NCBI GenBank assembly: GCA_963772725.1
Contig: CAVYYI010000002.1
Coordinates: 320,001-384,000, forward strand
From: an uncultured Phycisphaerales bacterium
GTDB lineage: Bacteria; Planctomycetota; Phycisphaerae; Sedimentisphaerales; Anaerobacaceae
Length of the DNA: 64,000 nt
Direction of reading: 5' to 3'
In this document: one piece after another, positions 55,179 through 64,000 of the stretch
Numbering within the stretch: position 1 is the first letter of the stretch
Layout: each line of letters starts with the position of its first letter
Made by a program: the position numbers and the translations under genes
The notes under the pieces: generated by a model
The model's input: only the letters and a program-made list of their open reading frames with translations
Databases searched by the model: none
What the model was told of the DNA's origin: nothing

Positions 55179-55240
55179 ATTTATAGTCAACGTGTCAGGG
55201 AACGGCTGGGTATGCTCATTAAACCATCACAAGCCGATAA

Positions 55241-55277
55241 AAAAAAGCAGTCGCGGTTGTCCACGACTGCTTTTTTA
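55241..55277. terminator. bidirectional intrinsic terminator
   Basis: A-run, GCAGTCGCGG/CCACGACTGC stem, T-run, between convergent genes. Confidence 0.8.
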
Positions 55278-55307
55278 TTTCTTCTTCAGAATTAAAAATA
55301 CAGATTC

Positions 55308-55729
55308 TTACATTCCATATAGCGGCTTAAGTTCTTCTGGTCCTGGTACATGGAAATACTGTTCGCCCTTCGGGGCGATATAAACATTGCCAGAACGGCG
55401 AAGAACCACTGGTGTAATCGAACCATTGCTGTTGGTAATGTTTACGACCACCGTATTTGCCTGTTCCTGAGTGGCCTCCAATTGTCTTTTTGTTTCTTTC
55501 TTGTCTCCTTCGTTGCCAATCAAATAACCGCCGCCAGCACCAACGGCCCCGCCTATTAATGCACCTTCACCTGCATGATGGCTGCCGCCGATAGACAGTG
55601 CCAACACCAGCACCTCCCAAACCACCGATAAGGGCACCGGTCTGGGCCTTGTTTTCACAACCCGGCACAAACACAAAAGACACACCCAACACAACAACAA
55701 CTGACGTCTGCTACCACTTTTCGCAACAT
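55308..55729 (-). CDS. glycine-zipper lipoprotein (frameshifted)
   Basis: EGALIGGAVGAGGGYLIG; lipobox-like AGC in a shifted frame. Confidence 0.7.
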
Positions 55730-55899
55730 TTTTTTATGCCTCCAAAAATTAAATAATTTTACAAAAATCCTGCTATATATTATGCACCCTTACATTTACT
55801 GTCAAATTAAATCTTTGTTCGCACGAGCCAGGCAAATCTGAGGTTAATTTCCTTGCAATGCAGGCCTGTTTTGTGTAAAGTACACGGGAATTTTCTTTT

Positions 55900-55972
<73 letters not shown>

Positions 55973-56279
55973 TTTCAATTTTTGGGGGTGTCTATAAATG
56001 ACGATTGGTCTTAATTACTGCTTAATCCTTTATTTTGTACCAGCTTAGCGGGAGCGTTGCCGCCCATTTTCCCCATCCCTCCACTGTCGTTGACTGTGCC
56101 AAAGACAGACAATATGTTACTATCAGGGTACGGAAGTCTTTATAAGCGGAACTTGGACTAAAAGAACTTGGCGAATTTACTGTTTCAATGATTCGGATTT
56201 GATTTTTGTCAGGGACAGTGGTTTGAATCCCGTTCTTTCCACTATTTTACGATTTAATGTCGGACTATTTATCCTATAA

Positions 56280-57326
56280 TTAGGTTTGTGAAAAATTAAT
56301 TATTTTCTCCGCTATGTCGGATAATGGAGTTATTACCTCCGCAGCGCCTCGGGCGATAGCTTCCTTGGGCATGCCAAAAACAGCACAGGAATCCTCGTCC
56401 TGAGCAATAGTGCGAGAGCCGTTTCTTCGCATGTTTAACAAACCTTCGGCGCCGTCGCTGCCCATACCTGTAAGGATTACTCCGACAGCGTTTGGCCCTG
56501 CGAATTTGGCTACTGAATTGAACATAACTTCGATGCTGGGCTTTTGCCTGCAAACGAGCGGGCCATTTTTAATTGTAACATAGTATTTTGGACCTGAACA
56601 TTGCAGGAGCATGTGAAAGCCTCCCGGTGCAAGCAGAACCTGGCCAGGTATAACGCTGTCTCCATTCTGAGCTTCCTTGACTCTGACCGAACATTCATGG
56701 TCCAGACGCATAGCGAATGAGGCTGTGAACTGGGCCGGCATGTGCTGAACGACCAGGGTTGGTGGTGCATTTTCAGGAAAGGCGGTTAGTATGCGAGTGA
56801 GAGCCTGGACGCCACCGGTCGAAGCCCCGATAGTGATTATCTTATTGGCCTTGTTAGTCATACAGAGTCTTCCCGGCGGCAAGGAACAAGGACCCTGTCT
56901 CATTATGGATTTGTTTATACAAACCTTTGAAGCCATTCTTATTTTTTCACCGAGGAGTTTGCCAATATCGGCTATGTTGTCAGCGGCACCCGGTTTGCAA
57001 ATAACTTCCATCGCGCCGGCTTCAAGTGATTCTATTGCGTTTTTACTGCCTTTTGGCGTTACGGAACTAAGCACGATAACCGGCATCGGATTTTTTTTCA
57101 TCAGTTCCTTCAGGAAAGTTATACCATCCATTCGCGGCATTTCGATATCGAGGGTCAGGACGTCCGGTTTCAGGCTTGCTACCTTATTGAGTGCTATATA
57201 GGTGTTCGGGGCGGTTCCAACAACTTCAATTCCATACTGTTGATTCAATTGCTGTTGCAGTATCTTTCTTATCACAGCCGAATCGTCAACTATCAGAACT
57301 TTGATTTTTTTGCTTAAACCTGTCAC
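56280..57326 (-). CDS. cheB: chemotaxis methylesterase CheB
   Basis: REC domain plus GASTGG, QHMP and LTGMGSDGA motifs. Confidence 0.96.
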   Translation of the reverse strand: MTGLSKKIKVLIVDDSAVIRKILQQQLNQQYGIEVVGTAPNTYIALNKVASLKPDVLTLDIEMPRMDGITFLKELMKKNPMPVIVLSSVTPKGSKNAIESLEAGAMEVICKPGAADNIADIGKLLGEKIRMASKVCINKSIMRQGPCSLPPGRLCMTNKANKIITIGASTGGVQALTRILTAFPENAPPTLVVQHMPAQFTASFAMRLDHECSVRVKEAQNGDSVIPGQVLLAPGGFHMLLQCSGPKYYVTIKNGPLVCRQKPSIEVMFNSVAKFAGPNAVGVILTGMGSDGAEGLLNMRRNGSRTIAQDEDSCAVFGMPKEAIARGAAEVITPLSDIAEKIINFSQT

Positions 57327-57328
57327 GG

Positions 57329-57813
57329 TTATATTTTCTTTTCCATGTTGTTTGATTTAATTTTCACTTCTCCGGTTGATATATCCAGATACATATTGCG
57401 AGGGACGGAGCCGCCTACGTCGTTTGCGTTTATAAGCATACGATTTTTCCATAATATCTGCCGGATAGCCAGAAGATTCCTTTTGCCTATATCAAATCCT
57501 TTGGGGCTTATATCCATAATTGCACCGCCTGCTATTTTTACCTCCATTTTTTTCCTTTCGGCTCCAATTGTGAGTATTTTCTGCATCAGGATTTCAAAGC
57601 CGCTGTCGGACAAACATCAACGGTTTTTCCCTGGCCCGGTCTATATCCATTTTTGAGCTCGGGAGTTGATAGTGCAGCATTCCACCTACGTGATTAAACG
57701 GGTCATAGAGACAGACGCCGACACAGGAACCCAGAGAGTACGTCGTTAAAATATCCTCCGGATTTGAGCTTACTCTAATATCAGATATACCCACTACTAG
57801 ACATTTTCGGCAT
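57329..57813 (-). CDS. cheD: chemoreceptor deamidase CheD (frameshifted)
   Basis: LGSCVGVCLYD...GGMLH, KIAGGA, IGKRN and DVGG motifs. Confidence 0.92.
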
Positions 57814-57822
57814 ATTTTAATC

Positions 57823-58674
57823 CTATGGCTTCCAGTATATAGTTGGTTTAATATAATGAAATTTGTGTTCAATTCCCGTTAATGATTCCGAATGGCCTGT
57901 AAATAAAAGCCCGCCTGAATTCAGCAGGTCCCAAAAACGATTTACCAGTCTTTGCTGAGTTTGTTTGTCAAAGTATATCATCACGTTGCGACAAAAGATG
58001 AAATCGACGGGGCCTTTAATGGGCCATTGTTTTATCAGGTTCAAATACTGAAAGATTACAACTTTTCTCAGGTTTTCATTTACTTCGAATACTTTTCTGT
58101 TCTTTATTTTATGAGCCGTCAGATATTTGTCTTTGTATTCTGACCAAACGGGGATTATCCTCTCTTTTTCATAAAAACCTTTGCGGGCGGTTTCAAGCAT
58201 TCTCGTTGAGACGTCAGTAGCCAGGACTTTTACGTCCCAGTCGCCTAATTCCCTGGTTGTTTCAATGAGGGTAATTGCTATTGAGTATGGCTCCTCTCCC
58301 GATGAGCATCCCGCACTCCAGGCGCGAATCCTGCGATTGCCGTTTTTTTGCTTTTGTTTCGCCAGTTGAGGCAGAAACTCCTTCTGCAGGTAGTCGAAGT
58401 GCTGCTTTTCGCGAAAGAAACTTGTCAGATTAGTGCTAATAGCATTAATAAGTTTTGAAAATTCTGTTCCGCTCTTATCTTCGTGAACGTGTTCCATATA
58501 TTCGGAAAACGTGCTGAAATTTCCCTTTCGCAATAATTTTGCCAGACGCGCGCGCACAAGTTCCTTTTTACCCTCATGCAGATTAATCCCGCAGTGGCTG
58601 TGAACAAGGTTGCTGATTTTGCGAAAGTCTTTTTCGCTTAAAACCAGCTTTTGCATTGTTAATGGTTGTATCAT
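57823..58674 (-). CDS. cheR: chemotaxis methyltransferase CheR
   Basis: TNLTSFFRE, WSAGCSSGEEPYS, IFCRNVMIYF and GHSES motifs. Confidence 0.96.
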   Translation of the reverse strand: MIQPLTMQKLVLSEKDFRKISNLVHSHCGINLHEGKKELVRARLAKLLRKGNFSTFSEYMEHVHEDKSGTEFSKLINAISTNLTSFFREKQHFDYLQKEFLPQLAKQKQKNGNRRIRAWSAGCSSGEEPYSIAITLIETTRELGDWDVKVLATDVSTRMLETARKGFYEKERIIPVWSEYKDKYLTAHKIKNRKVFEVNENLRKVVIFQYLNLIKQWPIKGPVDFIFCRNVMIYFDKQTQQRLVNRFWDLLNSGGLLFTGHSESLTGIEHKFHYIKPTIYWKP

Positions 58675-58692
58675 AAATAAATCACAAAAAAA

Positions 58693-60735
58693 TTAACTCC
58701 GGGATATTTTCATCAAACCTGGGACATCAAGTATTAAACTGACCTTACCGTTTCCCATAATTGCCCCGCCGGAAATTCCTTCAACTGTTCCCAGGCTGTC
58801 ACCGAGGCTCTTTATCACTACCTGCTGCTGACCTAACAGTTCGTCAGCCGCAAGACAGTATTTTTTATTTTCATCTTCTACGATAATCAGCAGCGATTCA
58901 GTGAGGTTTTCAGAAGCCGGAGTAATGCCGAATAATTTATGAAGACGAATAATCAGGAGCAGTTCATCGTCAACAATTGCCATTTCTCCCCTGTTGCAAA
59001 CGGAGGAAAGCTGTTTTGTGTCCGGCCTGAAGCTTCGTATCACTGAGTGCGTTGGGATAACGTAGCAGTCTTTGCCTACCCGGACAATTTGACCGTCAAT
59101 TATCGCCAGGGTTAACGGCAAAGTGATTGTAAAGACGGTTTCCTGACCCTCTGTGGAGCTGATATCGATTTTGCCTTTTAATGATTCGATGTTCTTTTTG
59201 ACAATGCTCATACCCATACCGCGCCCGGATACGTTTGTTACCTTTTCGGCAGTCGAAAGTCCGGCGCTGAAAATTAATTTATAAATTTCCTCATCGGCAA
59301 GTTTGGCGTCTGCTTCGACAATGCCGCTGTCTATCGCTTTTTTAAGGATGAGATTTTTATCAAGACCTTTGCCGTCGTCTCTGATTTTGATAAAGATTTT
59401 GCCGCTGCCGCCGAAAGCTCGCAGTTCTATCGCAGCGGCGGGATTTTTTCCTGCTTCGCGACGCTGCTGCGGCGATTCGATACCGTGGTCGATGCAATTT
59501 CGTATCATGTGAACAAGCGGGTCGGCAATTTTATCCACAATGGTGCGGTCCAGTTCTGTCTCTCCGCCAGAAGTGATAAAGTTAACCTCTTTGCCATCTT
59601 TATGTGAGAGGTCTCGAACCAATCTTGCCATTTTTCCAAAGACTCTGTCTATCGGAACCATTCGCATTGCCATTGACAGTTCCTGCAATTCCCGGATTAT
59701 CTTGCCCTGATGTGCTGTTTTTTGAATCAAACTCTGGCTCTGACCCGGTGTCGAATTAAATTCCTCTGCCAGCATTAACTGGGCGATTACCAATTCACCC
59801 ACCATATTTACAAGGTTGTCGAGGCGTGCGGTTTTGACCTTAATATTTTCGTCTATGTCCCTTGTGTAAACCGTATCGGAATACTGCTGCTCTGTTGGCT
59901 GGCTGAGTATTTGTGCCGATTCCAAGTTTTTGTTTGTTCTTCCGCTTGTCTCTTTGAATTCGGAATTATTTTGGGAGTCATCAGAAGTTCGTTTTTCCGC
60001 ACATGCCTGTAATTTCGCAAGTAATTGTTCCAGGTTTTGATATGGGGATAAAGCTTCATTGGTTTCCCCTGATTTTTTAAGCTCAGCGACCATTTTTTTC
60101 ATCGCGTCGATTGATTCAAATACAACGTTAATATTTTCCCCATCCAAAGTAAGCTCTTCTTTGCGGGCGCTATCGAGGAGGCTTTCTGCCAGATGAGACA
60201 ACTGTCCTATATTATTTAAGTTTAAAAAGCCGGCAACTCCCTTTATAGTATGAAATGCCAGGAATATCCTCTCTATCAGTTCTTTGTTGTGCGGGTTGTT
60301 TTCGAGTTCAAGCAGGGCGGCTTCAGAATTTTCTATGTGTTCATTGGCCTCCGCGATAAAATCAAGAATCAGAGGTATATCATCTTTTTTAATCGCTACA
60401 ATATCCTGCGATATATTTTCGCTGTCAGCCTGACTGGTCTGATTGATTAAATTCTGAACTTGCGTAATCGCGTTTGATATTTCCTCTATCGATTTGGCAG
60501 TTTTACCGGCCTCATTGCCGGGTATTTTCCGCAAAACTCCTATTGCGTCACGGATGCTGTTCCCGGCCTGTTGCAACAATTCAGCGGGGTATTCGTGCAT
60601 CTGGTCGATTGCACTGACTATTTGATTACAAGTCTTTTCCAGGTTTGTAAGTTCCGATAAGTCTGTCGGGCTGACAATGTTTATTGCCAACGCCGCTTTT
60701 TCCAGCAACTCAAAAATTTTATCGGTCGTTTGCAT
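58693..60735 (-). CDS. cheA: chemotaxis histidine kinase CheA
   Basis: Hpt FHTIKG, HMIRNCIDHGIE, DDGKG and SGRGMGM motifs, C-terminal CheW domain. Confidence 0.96.
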   Translation of the reverse strand: MQTTDKIFELLEKAALAINIVSPTDLSELTNLEKTCNQIVSAIDQMHEYPAELLQQAGNSIRDAIGVLRKIPGNEAGKTAKSIEEISNAITQVQNLINQTSQADSENISQDIVAIKKDDIPLILDFIAEANEHIENSEAALLELENNPHNKELIERIFLAFHTIKGVAGFLNLNNIGQLSHLAESLLDSARKEELTLDGENINVVFESIDAMKKMVAELKKSGETNEALSPYQNLEQLLAKLQACAEKRTSDDSQNNSEFKETSGRTNKNLESAQILSQPTEQQYSDTVYTRDIDENIKVKTARLDNLVNMVGELVIAQLMLAEEFNSTPGQSQSLIQKTAHQGKIIRELQELSMAMRMVPIDRVFGKMARLVRDLSHKDGKEVNFITSGGETELDRTIVDKIADPLVHMIRNCIDHGIESPQQRREAGKNPAAAIELRAFGGSGKIFIKIRDDGKGLDKNLILKKAIDSGIVEADAKLADEEIYKLIFSAGLSTAEKVTNVSGRGMGMSIVKKNIESLKGKIDISSTEGQETVFTITLPLTLAIIDGQIVRVGKDCYVIPTHSVIRSFRPDTKQLSSVCNRGEMAIVDDELLLIIRLHKLFGITPASENLTESLLIIVEDENKKYCLAADELLGQQQVVIKSLGDSLGTVEGISGGAIMGNGKVSLILDVPGLMKISRS

Positions 60736-60805
60736 CTATTGCCTCTGTATTACAAATAACTCTGCTCTTGACGCTTTTTGGGGTTAAAAATGCGGGTTAA
60801 GAAAG

Positions 60806-61285
60806 TTAATTCCGTGTTTCTCTGTAAAGCAATGAAAGTTCGGCGATATGTTCATCCTGGATATTGACTTTGACCAGGAATCTTTCCGCGCCATCGCCGA
60901 GATTATTTTTGAGTTCCCTGCCGGTGGTTACCGAAGGTATGGAAACTTTCAGTTTGCCGACTTGGTCCTGTAAAAGCGATTCTATCTTGCCCATAATCAT
61001 ATTTGTGATTTCACCAAGTGCGTCACATATTTCATTATTACTGAGCGATTTATCAGGTTCCGTTCCGAGCATAGCTGCTGCAATATCATTTGCACAGGAG
61101 GTGCTGCAGCAAATCCCGATGCACCCTTCGATGTTTCCTTCAAAAGTAAGAGTGCCTAATAAGGCGTCGCTTTTTATTTCCTGCTCCGGTTCGGAAGATT
61201 CGTCAAGGTCCATAAATATCATTGTTTCGAACACTTCTTTTGCGCTGTCCAGTATAACTTCTTTGAAACTTACTGTATTAATCAT
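60806..61285 (-). CDS. cheX: CheX-family phosphatase
   Basis: DALGEITNMIMG (ExxN) motif; SIPSV. Confidence 0.88.
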   Translation of the reverse strand: MINTVSFKEVILDSAKEVFETMIFMDLDESSEPEQEIKSDALLGTLTFEGNIEGCIGICCSTSCANDIAAAMLGTEPDKSLSNNEICDALGEITNMIMGKIESLLQDQVGKLKVSIPSVTTGRELKNNLGDGAERFLVKVNIQDEHIAELSLLYRETRN

Positions 61286-61338
61286 AATTAAGTCCTTAAC
61301 TACTGTTTATCGTATTAATACAAATCGTCAGGACGGCA

Positions 61339-61722
61339 TTACATAAATAACGAAAGCTTTTCCTGAAATTTTTCCGGTGTGAAAGGCTTTGTGATATACC
61401 CGTCGGCGCCGTCGGCGATAACATCATCGATGCAGTTCTGGCAACTCTCGGCGGAAACCATTATTATCTTGGTATCCGCACAGGATGGTATTTCTTCGCG
61501 TAACTTTTTTACCAGTTCCACACCGCTCATTCCAGGCATGTTTATATCGCACAAAATAATATCAACAGGTTCTGTTTCGAGTTTTTCCAAAGCCTCAACT
61601 GCGCTGCAGGCTTCTACCATACGGCTAAAGTCCAGGCCACACATTGAAATAATACGTGTTATTATTTTCCGCATTGTTGTTGAGTCATCCACAACCATTA
61701 ATGACTTAGGCATAATTTTCAT
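61339..61722 (-). CDS. cheY: CheY-like response regulator
   Basis: VVDDS, DINMP and KPF motifs; single domain. Confidence 0.88.
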   Translation of the reverse strand: MKIMPKSLMVVDDSTTMRKIITRIISMCGLDFSRMVEACSAVEALEKLETEPVDIILCDINMPGMSGVELVKKLREEIPSCADTKIIMVSAESCQNCIDDVIADGADGYITKPFTPEKFQEKLSLFM

Positions 61723-62004
61723 CCTATTATTTTAACGTTAACTATTTCGCATATCCTTCTATCGTTCTATCGTTAAATATCAATCCATGCTTTAAAACTT
61801 TCTGGTACCAAAGATTGTTTATCTGTCCTGTATCCAAATAAAGTGATTTCCAGGTTAACCGGCAGTTGGAAAGTGACGAAATACTTTTGAACTGTTGTTT
61901 ATAAAATATCTATAATTCAGGCAGCATGTGTTTTATCAAAGATTGGCCGGCTAATACTTGAATTATTATCGGCACAAAGCAATGTACTTAAAGGAGCAGT
62001 AATT

Positions 62005-62514
62005 ATGACTGGGACAAAGAATCAAGCCTTGCAGTCTTATCAGGGCGAATTAAGCGGAAAGGATAAATATCTGACCTTTGCTCTTGCCAATGAAGAATAC
62101 GGCATAGAGATATTAAAAGTGCGTGAGATTATCAGATATGCGGATATAACAACTGTCCCGCGGACACCAAATTATGTAAAAGGCGTAATAAATCTGCGGG
62201 GACGTATCATACCAGTTATCGATCTGCGAGCTAAATTTGGATTGGAAAAAGTCAATATAACCAAAGAAACCTGTATCATTATCGTAGAAATAACCAATGG
62301 GAGCCGAAAATTCAATACCGGCATTATGGTCGATTCCGTACAGGAGGTGCTGGATATAACCGGCGACAGTATCGAGGAATCGCCCCAGTTCGGCTCTTCT
62401 GTCAATACAGATTTCATATTAGGCATGGGCAAAGTCGGCGAATCCGTGAAAATACTGCTCAATATCGACAAAGTGCTTGACAACAGTGAAATTGAAAAAT
62501 TAGCACAAGCTTAG
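62005..62514 (+). CDS. cheW: chemotaxis coupling protein CheW
   Basis: YLTF, YGIEILKVREI and GVINLRGRIIPVIDLR motifs. Confidence 0.95.
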   Translation: MTGTKNQALQSYQGELSGKDKYLTFALANEEYGIEILKVREIIRYADITTVPRTPNYVKGVINLRGRIIPVIDLRAKFGLEKVNITKETCIIIVEITNGSRKFNTGIMVDSVQEVLDITGDSIEESPQFGSSVNTDFILGMGKVGESVKILLNIDKVLDNSEIEKLAQA

Positions 62515-62571
62515 CAAAGAAAAAAGCATTCTATAAAAAGTATCTGGCAAATAGTATTTAAGGAGAAAAAA

Positions 62572-64000
62572 ATGAAGAAGCACATAAAATTGAGAACAAA
62601 GCTGATAGGCACAGGCATACTGGTAACAATAGTGCCATTGTTAATTGTATCAGCAGTAACATTCATAGGAAACCAAAAAATGTTTAAGGTTGCAGAAAAA
62701 TCAGCTACCGAACTTTCTTATGCCGACCTTAACCATATGGTTGAGAACATATACGGAATGTGTGCTAATCATGCGGAGTTTCTAAAACAGCATATGAACC
62801 GGTGTCTTTCGGCAGCTCATGAGATTCTTTTAAGTAAAAATGAAATATCCGAGTCCAACGCAACGGCAAACTGGGAAGCAGTTAATCAGTATACCAAGTC
62901 TTCAACAAAAATTGAGCTTCCGAAAATTATGGTCAGCGGCGAGTGGCTGGGCCAAAATACCGATATCAGCAAAAAATCCCCGATTGTTGACACGATATAT
63001 AACCTGACTGGAGCGACCTGCACAATTTTCCAGCGAATGAATAACGCAGGTGATATGCTGCGAATCTGCACTAATGTGCCGACAAAAGACGGCAAACGGG
63101 CAATAGGGACATATATACCGAGAACCAATCCGGACGGACAAGCGAATCCTGTTATTTCCGCGGTGCTGAACGGAGAGAAATACAGCGGCAAAGCTTTTGT
63201 TGTGGACCAATGGTATATTGCGGCATATGAACCTATTTTCAACAGCAACAAGAATGTAATCGGCATGCTCTATGTCGGTATTCCGCAGAATAGTACCACT
63301 ACTTTGCGAAAAGTGATTATGAATTTAAAAGTCGGAAAGACAGGTTATGTTTATGTCTTGGATTCAACGGGACAGTATGTTATTTCCAAAGACGGCAAGC
63401 GTGACGGTGAAAACATCTGGGAAACCAAGGATACAAGCGGAACGCTTTTCATTCAGGAAATATGTAAGAAGGCATTGGCTCTAAAGCAGGATGAAATAGC
63501 CGAACAGCGATACCCATGGAAAAACGAAGGAGACGAAACAGCCCGTGAAAAAATTGTGCGTATAAAGTATTTCGAGCCATGGGACTGGATAATCGGGGTC
63601 GGTTCATATACTGATGAGTTCTATGAAGCAATAAACCAGACTACTGCTATAGGAAGACAGAACAAGTTTATTCTTTCCATTGTCTGCAGCATAACATTAA
63701 TCATCGCCATACTTATCTGGTGGTTTATATCCAATGGGCTGATAACAAGAATTACCAAAGTTATCAGTCAGCTTGTCGATGGAGCTGAGCAGGTGGCTTC
63801 GGCATCCGGCCAAGTGTCCGCCGCTTCCCAGTCATTGGCAGAAGGCGCTACTGAGCAGGCGGCAGGTTTGGAAGAGACATCGAGCAGTCTTGAAGAGATG
63901 TCGTCTATGACAAAGCAGAACGCCGAGAGCCTCAAAAGGCCAATGTTTTAGCTGCTGAGGCTCGTAAGGCAGCAAATGAAGGCACCAAAGCTATGAGCAG
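62572..64000 (+). CDS. methyl-accepting chemotaxis protein with Cache sensor domains (partial; indel near 63930)
   Basis: TM-Cache (TIFQRMN, RAIGT, YEPI, WDWIIG)-TM, then SQSLAEGATEQAAGLEETSSSLEEM. Confidence 0.92.

Noticed and set aside
56205..56245. Second tRNA gene
   Set aside because: Only a degenerate T-arm-like segment; no cloverleaf can be built.

Overview
Bacterial chromosome segment, most likely a planctomycete of the Phycisphaerae/Sedimentisphaerales type. This is inferred from gene content and order; no marker search was run. The housekeeping backbone includes pyrE, purB, purA-uppS-cdsA-phoH-HD-ybeY-recO, hisC-hisB-ispF-cysS-ruvC-ruvA-ruvB, gap-pgk-rpe-accD, a CoA-activase, glycogen genes, tRNA-Lys(CTT) and a chemotaxis cluster. 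Many essential genes carry small indels, most simply read as long-read consensus errors. Three IS elements are present: IS630 and IS982, each with TIRs and a target duplication and each splitting a gene that rejoins in frame, and an IS3-family copy. The most interesting unexplained structure is a 1.54 kb transposase-free unit inserted between ispF and cysS. It carries a GxxExxY nuclease and a second PD-(D/E)XK-like gene, is bounded by 31-bp inverted repeats built of 10-bp-period triads, and has empty or solo triad copies elsewhere in the window. A second candidate is an array at 50.6-53.8 kb in which a repeated promoter-bearing leader (99 bp, about 90% identical between the two best copies) precedes unrelated AT-rich orphan membrane genes, like self-expressing cassettes. 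Also seen: a kdgK::dinD chimeric junction, a 44-aa basic ORF missed by the ORF track, a toxin-antitoxin module flanked by a 15-bp direct repeat, and nested REP-like elements.
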